Position numbers and translations under genes: made by a program
The notes under the pieces: generated by a model
Database searches by the model: none
What the model saw: the letters and a program-made list of their open reading frames with translations, nothing else
Told to the model about the DNA's origin: nothing
Shown: piece after piece, positions 31,449-40,920 of the stretch
Layout: each line of letters opens with the position of its first letter
Numbering within the stretch: the stretch's first letter is position 1
Source of the DNA: Kiritimatiellota bacterium
GTDB lineage: Bacteria > Verrucomicrobiota > Lentisphaeria > Oligosphaerales > JAADHN01
Length of the DNA: 64,000 bases
Reading direction: 5' to 3'
NCBI GenBank assembly: GCA_013151865.1
Contig: JAADHN010000066.1
Location: forward strand, 8,311-72,310

Positions 31449-32290
31449 CGTTTGCCTGCAGTACCTGGAATTTTACCGAGGAAATCGAGAACGGGACGCA
31501 GGACCTGCCAAGCGTGGTCGCAGAAATCGCCGGGCTCGGATTCGACGCGGTCGAGGTCATGGGCTATCATCTCCCATCCGTGGACCGTTCTGCTCTTCGC
31601 GAACTCCGCAACCACGCCGAGGCCCACGGGGTGAGTATCTGTGCCGTGGATGCGCGCAACCTGCGGCTCGGCGCCCCCTGGCCGGAGTACCGCACCGAGA
31701 TCGCCACGATGGAACTCTGGGCCCTGTGCGCCGCGGAACTGGCTTGTCCGGTCGTCGCCGTTTTCCTGGGCGGATTCGATGCGCCGGAGCAACGTCCGGC
31801 CCAACTGGCGCGTGACCATGCCGCGCTGAAAGAATGTGCGGAGTTCGCAGAACGGAGGGGTGTCCGCATCGGCGTCGAGAACCACCGGATCTACCTGACG
31901 AAGAACGCAAACCTGGACCCGCCCGGCCAGGAAATCGAGGATATCTTGACGCTTTTGGCCCACCCGGACTTGGCCGGGATCGGCACAGTGCCGGACACGG
32001 ACAACGTCTTCCCCCGGCAATACCCGAACCTGACGCCGGCGGAACGCCGCTTCACCCTCGATGCGTTCGCGCGACTGCTGCCGCGAGCGGTTCACGTCCA
32101 TGTCAAGGTCAAGGGAATTCCGGGCTGTGAGCCGGAAGCGCAATTCCCGGCCGAAGCTGTCGCCGGCCGCCTGCGCGACGCCGGCTACGACGGAGCGGTG
32201 AGCCTGGAACTCATGAAACCGGCGCTCGGCCCGAAGAGGGACGTATTGGCGGCGAACCTCGAGGTTTTGCGGACCGCCTGCAACCGGTGA
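31445..32290 (+). CDS. Sugar phosphate isomerase/epimerase (TIM barrel)
   Basis: ATGA overlap with the previous stop. GFDAVEV, IGVENH, PDTDN, HVHVK and GYDGAVSLE motifs. Confidence 0.82.
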   Translation: MTFACSTWNFTEEIENGTQDLPSVVAEIAGLGFDAVEVMGYHLPSVDRSALRELRNHAEAHGVSICAVDARNLRLGAPWPEYRTEIATMELWALCAAELACPVVAVFLGGFDAPEQRPAQLARDHAALKECAEFAERRGVRIGVENHRIYLTKNANLDPPGQEIEDILTLLAHPDLAGIGTVPDTDNVFPRQYPNLTPAERRFTLDAFARLLPRAVHVHVKVKGIPGCEPEAQFPAEAVAGRLRDAGYDGAVSLELMKPALGPKRDVLAANLEVLRTACNR

Positions 32291-32329
32291 CCCGGCAGCG
32301 AAACGAGGCAGAGAGGCGCCGAACGCACC

Positions 32330-34429
32330 ATGTTCAAGTCCCGGAACAACATTTCACGACATGGCCTGTGCGGGGCGGCATGGGCGACCACAGTATGGAT
32401 TGGAACGATGGCGGCCTATTCGGCGGACAGAGACCGGGGGCAAGCCGGCCGGCCTTCGGACCGGTACGGTCGAGAACTCGCCGAAGTGGCCAGACTGGGG
32501 CTGAAAGGCTGCATGGACGCCGCGGTCGCCGGCAATGTCTTGTTTGTAATCGGCGGCGGGAAATTGACCGTATGGGACATCAGCCGGCCGGCTTCCCCGG
32601 TACGTCTCGGTTCGCTGGGCAACCTGGGAAATACGCGCCAAATCGAGGTCAAGGACCGTGTGGCATACATCACCGCCCGATCCGACGGCCTGTTTCTGGT
32701 CGACGTCGGCGTGCCGCAGACTCCGAAGCTGCTCTCACACTTTGACACGATCGAAATGGCCACCGGCATCTGGATCACCGGCAAGATCGCGCTCGTGGCG
32801 CAGCGCACCTACGGGGTGCAACTCGTGGACGTGAGCAATCCGAAAAAACCCCTCCACCTCGGTACGGTGCGCACCGGGGAGGCGCAGTCGGTCGTAGCCC
32901 GGAACGGCATCGCGTATGTCGGAGTCTGGGCCGCCCGCAAATTGGTCGTTTGCGACATTCGCGATCCGCGCCGGCCGCAGGTGCTCTCCAAAACGTCGTT
33001 GGACGGGTATGGCGACGGAGTGTGGGTGCAGGGAAAGTACTGTTTTGTCAGTACGGGGCATCATGCGGCAGGAATGAAAAAACGGAACGAATCCGACCCT
33101 TGTTTCGGCGGCGGACACGGATTGGAGATCTTCGACGTGAGCGATCCGTCGAAGCCCGCACGCGTTTCGCGGATCAAGACGCCGCGTTTCTACCGCATAG
33201 GCATGGATATGTGGGACGTGGCGGTCAGCGGCCGTTACGCCTACCTGGGGGACACCTACAACGGGTTCTTCATTCTGGATGTCGGGGACCCGGCGAGGCC
33301 GCGCTTCGCGGCACATAAGCAATTGCCTTTTGTCAAGAGCCGAAACGCCCACAGTCCGGTCGGCGGTTTTGCGGTGACCGACGGCTACGTCTACGTGGCC
33401 GGAGCCTGGTCGGACCTCCACGTGTTGGCCGCGCCCGGTCTGGCCCGGCCTGTGGAAATCGCGGACCCCGACCCACCGGGCATTCGGCCGCCGCAGCCCG
33501 ATGCACCGACCGGGTTCCGAGTTTATCGCCCGAAAGGGCAGGTTTGGGCCGTGACGTTCGCAGGAGACACTGCCCTTGTCGCCGCCGGCAGCGCCGGTGT
33601 CCACACCGTGCAGCTCTGGCCGAAGATCACGAGACTGCACGTCTTTCCGACGGACGGTTTTGCCTGTGACGTCAAAGTGTACGGCAGTCGGGCGTACGTC
33701 GCCGAGGGGAAGGGCGGGCTGTCGATCTGCCGGCTTGGTCCGGGCGGCGTCCTCGAGCGTATCGGGCGATACCGTTCGCGCGGCAGGTCCATCCGACAGG
33801 TGGTGGTTCCCGCTCCGGGTCGATACGCACTCGTTCAGGCGGGCGGCTCCTGGTTCGAAATCGTCGACGTTTCGGACCCACGCCGCCCGGTCCGGGTCCT
33901 GCGGGATTCCCAGCCCGGCTTGCTCTACGGGTACCAGATCATGGAGGGCTTGTACGAAAATCGCTACGCCTGCTGCTTTTGGCATGTGAGCGGGTTCCAC
34001 TGGTACGATCTCCGCGGGGAAAACGGCCCGATGCGATCCGGGGACAACTACCCTGAACGCGTCGGAGCGGCCAATGGGCTGGCGCTCTTGGAAAATGGGA
34101 CGGAAGCGCTCTGCACACTGAACGACGGGCGATACTTCCTGTTGAAGCGGACGGAGAAGCGCCCGCTGGCGGAGCTGCCGAAGTTCGGTACGGGCCAGGC
34201 TGGACTGTCGGGAGGCAAGCCCAGCATATTCGGAAACACCCTCTACGTGTCCAACCGGCCCCGGGGAACGGTAACCGTTATGGACATCTCCGACATCACA
34301 AAACCGAAACTGCTGGCGAAATACCGACTCGACGGCAATCCGGGGCTCGCTGTCGAGCACAACGGCGTGGCGGTGATTCCCGCCGGGTACCAGGGGCTGC
34401 TCGTTCAAGCTGAGACGCAAACACCATGA
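32330..34429 (+). CDS. Secreted LVIVD-repeat beta-propeller protein
   Basis: Many repeats of V.V.G.YAY+....GL.I.DVS.P..P. Confidence 0.8.
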   Translation: MFKSRNNISRHGLCGAAWATTVWIGTMAAYSADRDRGQAGRPSDRYGRELAEVARLGLKGCMDAAVAGNVLFVIGGGKLTVWDISRPASPVRLGSLGNLGNTRQIEVKDRVAYITARSDGLFLVDVGVPQTPKLLSHFDTIEMATGIWITGKIALVAQRTYGVQLVDVSNPKKPLHLGTVRTGEAQSVVARNGIAYVGVWAARKLVVCDIRDPRRPQVLSKTSLDGYGDGVWVQGKYCFVSTGHHAAGMKKRNESDPCFGGGHGLEIFDVSDPSKPARVSRIKTPRFYRIGMDMWDVAVSGRYAYLGDTYNGFFILDVGDPARPRFAAHKQLPFVKSRNAHSPVGGFAVTDGYVYVAGAWSDLHVLAAPGLARPVEIADPDPPGIRPPQPDAPTGFRVYRPKGQVWAVTFAGDTALVAAGSAGVHTVQLWPKITRLHVFPTDGFACDVKVYGSRAYVAEGKGGLSICRLGPGGVLERIGRYRSRGRSIRQVVVPAPGRYALVQAGGSWFEIVDVSDPRRPVRVLRDSQPGLLYGYQIMEGLYENRYACCFWHVSGFHWYDLRGENGPMRSGDNYPERVGAANGLALLENGTEALCTLNDGRYFLLKRTEKRPLAELPKFGTGQAGLSGGKPSIFGNTLYVSNRPRGTVTVMDISDITKPKLLAKYRLDGNPGLAVEHNGVAVIPAGYQGLLVQAETQTP

Positions 34430-36705
34430 ACAGGCCATCCGAAACCGTCAGCCCGGAAATCGCTTCGGGGCTGGATTTCACTGATCTCGACGTGCGTTTG
34501 GCCGAGCTGCGCCGAATCAAGGACCGATATACAGCCATCAAGCGCCGGGCCGGGCCGCGGGACAACGATGACTGGGGCAACATTCCCCTCGAAAGCTCCT
34601 TCCGGTTTGAACCCGAGAGCGACCGACCCGACGGCCTGATTATCGGACCCCGGCTGTGCGGACTGAACTTCCGGCGCTTCCTGGAACAGACCCCGTTGTA
34701 CGTCAACCCGGTATCGTCGCTGCTCGGCGGGTACTTCACGGTCTTCGGCGGGACCGTGACGCGCTGGGATGAGGATGCAGCCCCGTACGATCGCCTGAAA
34801 CCGTATCACGAGCAGTACAACATCATCCACGGCATTCAGGCCGCGCACCATTTCGGGATCGACCTCGGGATCGGTTTGGAGCTGGGATTCGGCGGCCTGC
34901 TCGAGAAAGTGCGACGCTGCCGGTCCACGCACTCGGCCCCGGATATCGAGTTCTACGAGGGGCTCGAACACGCCGTTCTCGGCATCCAACAGTGGATTCG
35001 CCGGCACACGGCCGCGGCCCGCGCCCGGCACGAACGCGAACGCGACCCGTTCCTCCTGCGGAACCTCGAAGAACTGGTCGCCTTGAACGAACGCTTGGTC
35101 CAGGCCCCGCCGCGAACGTTTCGGGAAGCCTGCCAATGGACCGCTTGGTACCAAATGGCGGCACGCATCTACAACGGCAGCGGCGCCGTCGGTCGGATCG
35201 ACCGGCATTTCCTGCCGTTCTTTCGACAAGACATGGCCGCAGGACGTCTCACGGAGGCGGATGCCATCCTCCACTTGGCTTGCCTGAACCTGACAGACCC
35301 CCAGTATTACCACGTGTCCGGAATCGACGAACAGGGCGGGGACGCCACCAACGAACTCTCGTTTCTGCTGCTCGAGGCGGTCCGTCGCCTGCACGTCCCG
35401 GCCAACGTATCGGTCGGCGTGCACCCGGGCATCGACCGCGGGCTGCTGCGCAAGGGGGTGACCATGCTTTTCCGTGAGAAACTGGGTATCCCCCGTTTCT
35501 TCGGCATCGAGAACATCGCCCGGGGATACGCCCGAAACAATGTGCCGCTCGAAGTGGCGCGAACCCGCGCCCAGGTAGGGTGCCATTGGACCTGCCTGCC
35601 CGGCCGCGAGTATTCATTGAGCGACGTGATCAAGATCAACTTCGCCAAAGTCTTTCTGGCAGCGTTCGATGACATGATGGCCGACAGTGGGACACGCGCC
35701 GTCGCGCGTCTCTGGACACTGTTCGTCGGGCACCTCGACAAGGCCGTGGCCGTGGCCGCGGACGGCATCGATCTGCACATGGAATTCGAGCATCGGTTCG
35801 CCCCCGAACTGGTGCTCGATCTGCTCTGTCACGGTCCCGTGGAAAAAGGCGTGGACGCCTCGCACGGCGCGCTCGAGTACAACACCATCTGCGTGGACGG
35901 CGCAGCCCTGGCCACGACCGCCGATTCCTTCGCCGCACTCGAACAACGGATCGAACGCGAGGGACGCCTGGACTGGGACCGGGTGGCGGACGCCCTGGCA
36001 CGGGATTTCGAAAACACTCCGGAAGTGCAGGCGTTGTTGAGCAGCGTGCCGGCTTACGGCCGGGGCGGCACGCGGGGCGATTTCTGGGCCGAGCGGATCA
36101 GTCGGACTTTCACCCACTTGGTTACACGCAAGCCGACCCCGGACGGCTGGCCCATGGTCCCGGGCCTGTTCTCGTGGGCCAGCACCATTCCCATGGGCCG
36201 CGTGACCGGGGCAACGCCGAACGGACGCAATGCCGCGACGCCCATTTCCTTCGGGGCGAACCCCGACAACGGCGTCCGCAAGGGCGGGCCGGTAACACCC
36301 ACCAGCCTCTCGACCGCCGTAGCCGCCGTGCAACCGGGTTTCGGGAACGCGGCCCCCATGCAGCTCGACCTGGATCCGGGACTGGTCCAAGACGAACGCG
36401 GCATCCACGCCGTCGAGGCCCTGATCCGCGGACATTTCGATCAGGGCGGCACCTTGATCAACGCCAATGTACTCAGCAAGCGCATGATCCGGGATGCGTA
36501 CCGGCATCCGGAGAAATACCCGGACCTGGTGGTGCGCGTAACCGGGTTCAGCGCCTACTTCGCCAGTCTGTCTCCGGAATTCCGGAAACTGGTGTGCGAC
36601 CGAATCGTCGGCGGCGCTGCCGACGACGAGGGCGATGCCTCCCGCGTCCGTGCAGACTCCAGTGGCGCCGCAGTGCAGCAGCAGCCCCCCCAGCCTGAGG
36701 CGTAG
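34426..36705 (+). CDS. Glycyl radical enzyme (PFL-like family) of unknown substrate
   Basis: PPRTFREACQ, Cys loop AQVGCHW, GATPNGR and Gly loop HPEKYPDLVVRVTGFSAYFASL. Confidence 0.88.
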   Translation: MNRPSETVSPEIASGLDFTDLDVRLAELRRIKDRYTAIKRRAGPRDNDDWGNIPLESSFRFEPESDRPDGLIIGPRLCGLNFRRFLEQTPLYVNPVSSLLGGYFTVFGGTVTRWDEDAAPYDRLKPYHEQYNIIHGIQAAHHFGIDLGIGLELGFGGLLEKVRRCRSTHSAPDIEFYEGLEHAVLGIQQWIRRHTAAARARHERERDPFLLRNLEELVALNERLVQAPPRTFREACQWTAWYQMAARIYNGSGAVGRIDRHFLPFFRQDMAAGRLTEADAILHLACLNLTDPQYYHVSGIDEQGGDATNELSFLLLEAVRRLHVPANVSVGVHPGIDRGLLRKGVTMLFREKLGIPRFFGIENIARGYARNNVPLEVARTRAQVGCHWTCLPGREYSLSDVIKINFAKVFLAAFDDMMADSGTRAVARLWTLFVGHLDKAVAVAADGIDLHMEFEHRFAPELVLDLLCHGPVEKGVDASHGALEYNTICVDGAALATTADSFAALEQRIEREGRLDWDRVADALARDFENTPEVQALLSSVPAYGRGGTRGDFWAERISRTFTHLVTRKPTPDGWPMVPGLFSWASTIPMGRVTGATPNGRNAATPISFGANPDNGVRKGGPVTPTSLSTAVAAVQPGFGNAAPMQLDLDPGLVQDERGIHAVEALIRGHFDQGGTLINANVLSKRMIRDAYRHPEKYPDLVVRVTGFSAYFASLSPEFRKLVCDRIVGGAADDEGDASRVRADSSGAAVQQQPPQPEA

Positions 36706-36849
36706 GCACTTCGCGAACCGTCCTCGCGAGAGACGGTCCCCCGGGGGCCCTCGACTCGACGGCGGCCGTGTGCTGCGCCGGAGGAACAGGGACGCACTCA
36801 GTCACGCTACGTGAGCCCGACAGGACCCTCACCCAATTGGGAACGAGGC

Positions 36850-38949
36850 ATGCCCCAGAGCCCCCCAGGACACACGGCATTGGTTGCGATGGTGGCTGTC
36901 GCCGTTGCCGTTCAGACCGATGCGGACGCAGTTGACCCGCCGCCGCCATCCGCCGCGGCGAGTTCGGCGCAGGTCGTGAACCTGCTGGAGTCCCCGCAAA
37001 ACTGGGCACAATCCCAACACCCTCCGCCGCCACGAGTCCACTTCGAGCCGGGTGGGACCATCCGCCTGGAAGGCGCGCAAACGCCCGAAACGCCGGTGCG
37101 AATCCGGTATGCACGCGAACTGCCGTTTCTTGCCGGGAGCATTCTCACATTCGCCGTCACGATCTCGAAGGCCGGACCGAACAGCGAAATCGGGTTGCAG
37201 CTCGATGGAATCAGAGATGCCGAAAACCGGACTGTCGCCGTCCGTTTCTTTCCCCGGATACCGGCGGTCCAAGTCGGCAACCGTCGTCGTGTCTTTGCGT
37301 ATGTGGCCGAAGACGCCGGACTGGACCGACAATTCGATGTCGCATTCGACAACAACGCCTTGACCGTAATCTGGTCCGGCGAAAAACTGCTGGACCTGCC
37401 GGTCCGGTGCCCGTCCGGGCACATCCGACCGTCGTTGTTTGCGCGCGGGGCGAACGTGCGCGTCAACCGGCTCGGGTTGGCGCTGACGTCCGGCGCCGTT
37501 GCTCCCGGCGCGGGCTCGGTATGTCGGATCGACGCCGGGCTCCGAACCATGCGACGCCTGCCCGATCCATGGCCGTTCTATTTCGGTGTCCATTACAGCC
37601 GTGCCGCCCCAGACCATCCGCCGGCGGCCTGGAAAACGGTGCGCGGTTACGGCGGCCCGCACGTTGCGCTTCCCCCGAAGGAGAACCGATCCGTTCCGGC
37701 CCGCCCCGGTCCGTTCACCGGCCGGAATGTGTACTTCTCATTGGCGGACTTTCGGCGTTACAGCCGCTGGGGAAACGGCCCGTCGATGTCGGTGCTTGTT
37801 CCCGAACTGATCCACTGCCGTCTCACCGGCATCTGTCCCCTGCCCGCCGTCCGTCTTTCGGGGACTGCACGTGCGCCCCAGAGTCTGGATAAAGACGTGC
37901 TTTACTGGGCGCTCAGAGACGTTCACGAGAAGTTCCCGCCGGCGCGCCGATGGCTCCGCTGGCAATGGGGCAACGAGGTCAATGGGATCGGCGGCTTCGA
38001 CCCCTTCCACTGGAAAGCCCGCCTGGCGCGCACCGGCGGCTCGCCCTGGCCGTATTTTAATCGGAAAGAAACCGCGGACGCCTATGCGGAACAGGTGTTG
38101 GCGCCTGCCATCGAGGTCGTGCGCCGGGTGGCGCAGGACGTGTACGGAGAGCCCACCGCCGTCCCGGTGGTCGCCGGCAGCGTCGCGAACAGCTACAATC
38201 CAGCCTCCCGCGCCTGGCTGCGCCGGGTATTGTTCCACCGCATCCGCGGGGATGCCGCGCCTTCGCTGGCGGGCGAGCCGATTTGGAAATACGTCGATGT
38301 GATAACGGTCCATTACCCCTTTGCCCGGGACGCCGGTGCGGATGTCATGCAGGAACTGTGGCGTGAGTACGTCGATTCCGGCAAAGTCCGGGCGGTGTGG
38401 ATCACGGAAGAACACGGACGCCGCGGGCGCGGCCCGGTCACCGTCGTCCGCCGGGGAATGGCCTTCATCGATTGGGTGGCGCGCCATGCGCTCTCGGCAC
38501 AGCAGGTGCGGCTGTGCTGGTGGGGAATCGACCGGGAAAAAGTTGGAGGCCGGGCACGGGATGCCGTGCAACGAATCGGGGAGTTTCTCGGAGACCGCCC
38601 CCTGTTCGAGCGCAGCCGGGATGTTCCCGGCGGTCGCCTCTACGTACTGGCCGCGACAGCGGGGGACGGACGCGTGCAGCGACTGCTGGCGGCGCTGACG
38701 CATACGAAAAAGGCCGGCGCCCCGCCACAGCGCCTGGACTTGGCCATGTCCGCGGAAGAATTGGCCGGACGCGCAGTCTCCGTCACACAATTCGTATATT
38801 CCGAAACCCACCCGCCGCGGAAGAATGCCGGCCCCCAATTCCGGCTTGAGAACGGCGTTCTACACCTGGAACTGGCGCCCTCACCCCTCCAAGGGGCCGT
38901 TCTCATCCTTGCGGAATTCGGGGCCGCGTCCGCATCTTCGAACCGGTGA
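36850..38949 (+). CDS. Secreted hypothetical protein with a clan GH-A-like TIM barrel
   Basis: Signal-like N-terminus. WQWGNEVN (putative acid/base), DVITVHYP and VWITEEHG (putative nucleophile). Confidence 0.55.
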   Translation: MPQSPPGHTALVAMVAVAVAVQTDADAVDPPPPSAAASSAQVVNLLESPQNWAQSQHPPPPRVHFEPGGTIRLEGAQTPETPVRIRYARELPFLAGSILTFAVTISKAGPNSEIGLQLDGIRDAENRTVAVRFFPRIPAVQVGNRRRVFAYVAEDAGLDRQFDVAFDNNALTVIWSGEKLLDLPVRCPSGHIRPSLFARGANVRVNRLGLALTSGAVAPGAGSVCRIDAGLRTMRRLPDPWPFYFGVHYSRAAPDHPPAAWKTVRGYGGPHVALPPKENRSVPARPGPFTGRNVYFSLADFRRYSRWGNGPSMSVLVPELIHCRLTGICPLPAVRLSGTARAPQSLDKDVLYWALRDVHEKFPPARRWLRWQWGNEVNGIGGFDPFHWKARLARTGGSPWPYFNRKETADAYAEQVLAPAIEVVRRVAQDVYGEPTAVPVVAGSVANSYNPASRAWLRRVLFHRIRGDAAPSLAGEPIWKYVDVITVHYPFARDAGADVMQELWREYVDSGKVRAVWITEEHGRRGRGPVTVVRRGMAFIDWVARHALSAQQVRLCWWGIDREKVGGRARDAVQRIGEFLGDRPLFERSRDVPGGRLYVLAATAGDGRVQRLLAALTHTKKAGAPPQRLDLAMSAEELAGRAVSVTQFVYSETHPPRKNAGPQFRLENGVLHLELAPSPLQGAVLILAEFGAASASSNR

Positions 38950-39084
38950 GCGTCAGTGACGCCCGGCCGCGCGACAACTCCGGACGGACGTCATAATACG
39001 CACTCGCCCGAAAACGCACCGCAACAACGGGTACTCCTCCCCGGAGTGCGCAGGGCCTCGACATACACAGTCGCCCCGGTCCCC

Positions 39085-40563
39085 TCACGGATTGTGGGCG
39101 CCGACAGCAGGACGCTTATCGACCGGCACGGGGTCCCCCCAAAAGTCGCGTCCGCCGTTCCCGGCCACAATCCTGCCGGCGCCCCGGCATGGCGAGCCGG
39201 GCAGCAGTTTGTACACGTCCGCGGTGTTGCGGCCGTTCCCGCCGCCGCCCGGCCTGACAAGAAGGGGCTCGACGGTCAAAGCGTGACGGTCGACGGGGCG
39301 CTCGCGGTGGTTCCCGAAATAAAGATTGTTCGCAAACACCGCGTCCTCTACCGAGCCGAATTTGTAGGTCATGGCGCCGGCGGCGTAAAAGATGTTGTTG
39401 AAGTAGCGGACATCGCGGGGAATGCCGAACGTGTTCCGCGTCATGTTGACGGTCATGTCCGGCCCCACATAGAAGACATTGTTGTAGATGGTGATGTTGC
39501 CGGTCCCGTTCCCCTCCAGACTGAAAGTGGCGACGGCATCGTTTTGGCTGATGTTGTAGCGGACAACCGTGCCCCGGGCGCCGCCGCATGCGAGCAGAAA
39601 GCCGCCGGCGTTGTCATGACTGTAATTGTACTGGAAAACGGTGCCGCGGCAGCCGATGTCGTCGTCGAAGGCTTCACTGTCCCATACCGTTTTTCCACCC
39701 ACAGCCGTATGGCTCACCTCGTTGAACTGGATGACGGTATTGTTGCAGCGCTGGGGCCAGATCCCGGCGCACGCACGCTCGCCCTTTTGCCTGCCGACGC
39801 GCTGATGTGCGTAGCGCAGCACGTTGCGCTCAATGAGTGCACCGTCGCATCCCAAGATAAAAATCCCGTCGCCGCCGATGTCGGACAGTCGGTTCCCGCG
39901 AATGACCACATTTTGGCTGTGATGTTTTTTCGAAAGCGTCGGGTAATCGGTGTGCAGAATCCCGTTTCGGTCCACATGCTCGATCCGACACCCCTCGATC
40001 AACAAGTCATCGAACCAAGTGGTCTCCCCCTCGCGCTTCAACAGGAATCCGCCGTCATCGCCCCGCAGATTGCCCCGAATGTCGTGGATGTGGAGGTCCT
40101 TGAAATGCAGGTGATGCCCGACGCCGAATTCTTTGAGGTAGACAAACACGCCCGTGCGACCGCCGGTCAGTTCCAGGTTGCTCACCTCCCAATACTCCAC
40201 GTTGTAGAGCAAAACGACTGCACCTTGACCGAGCGGGGCAAGGATTCTCGGCTTCGGGCCGGCGCCGTATCGATCCACGATGATCGGCCGGCCGGATTCT
40301 CCGGAGCCGTGGAGCCTCAGAACGCCCTTGTACGAAGTGCCCGCCTTGAGCAGGATTCGGGCGCCCGGCGAGAAGGTGGCGTCGTTCACGCGGGCCAGGG
40401 AGCGCCAGGCTGTCCGGGGACTCGTGCCGGCATTTCTGTCGTCGCCGACTTCGCCGTCGATGTAAAAAGTGTTGCCGGACGCGTAGGTCGGGGGCTGCGC
40501 CGCCGCGAACGAAGCGCCCAGGACCGCAAGCACGGCGGACGTGCGAATACAAACGTGGATCAT
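39085..40563 (-). CDS. Secreted right-handed parallel beta-helix protein
   Basis: FYIDGEVGDDRNAGTSPRTAWRSL, PGARILLKAG, beta-helix repeats (IQFNEV, FQYNYSHDNAGGF) and C-terminal DFWG...VGAH. Confidence 0.8.
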   Translation of the reverse strand: MIHVCIRTSAVLAVLGASFAAAQPPTYASGNTFYIDGEVGDDRNAGTSPRTAWRSLARVNDATFSPGARILLKAGTSYKGVLRLHGSGESGRPIIVDRYGAGPKPRILAPLGQGAVVLLYNVEYWEVSNLELTGGRTGVFVYLKEFGVGHHLHFKDLHIHDIRGNLRGDDGGFLLKREGETTWFDDLLIEGCRIEHVDRNGILHTDYPTLSKKHHSQNVVIRGNRLSDIGGDGIFILGCDGALIERNVLRYAHQRVGRQKGERACAGIWPQRCNNTVIQFNEVSHTAVGGKTVWDSEAFDDDIGCRGTVFQYNYSHDNAGGFLLACGGARGTVVRYNISQNDAVATFSLEGNGTGNITIYNNVFYVGPDMTVNMTRNTFGIPRDVRYFNNIFYAAGAMTYKFGSVEDAVFANNLYFGNHRERPVDRHALTVEPLLVRPGGGGNGRNTADVYKLLPGSPCRGAGRIVAGNGGRDFWGDPVPVDKRPAVGAHNP

Positions 40564-40920
40564 CGATTTCAGGCCTCCTGCTCCGGGCCCAGGGGATTCC
40601 GGCCCGATTGCCGTCGTGTACGGATGCGGAGAGGACGATAGCGCCGGCTCACTGGGCTTGCAAGAAACTGCCGGGGATTCGCCTGTGCTCATCCTCCCCG
40701 ACCGACGGTGTCAAACTCGAACAGAAAGGATTATAGTCACAGGCAGCCCCCTGCGTAATCGCACGTGTCCCTGGGATGGCATCGCCCGGATCGCGGCACA
40801 GCTACTGCTGCTGCACGGAGACGTTACCGAAGCATCGAAGAAAACGCAGCGCGCGTCGGCACGGCTTGAAAACTCCCGTTCCCGCCGCTGCAGACCCCCG
40901 ACAATAGAGAGGTCCGCCAC

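Noticed and set aside
30416-32290. 624-aa ORF
   Set aside because: The first 343 aa overlap the Gfo/Idh/MocA gene in another frame. The real gene starts at 31445 (ATGA coupling).
34426-36705. Annotation as pyruvate formate-lyase (pflB)
   Set aside because: It lacks the adjacent Cys-Cys pair of true PFL.
38956-40641. Long antisense ORFs (also 15810-17936, 32735-34438, 44349-46814, 45341-47551, 50506-52617, 53785-55389, 55696-57438)
   Set aside because: These are shadow or alternate-frame ORFs expected in high-GC coding DNA. They carry no recognisable motifs and overlap well-supported genes.
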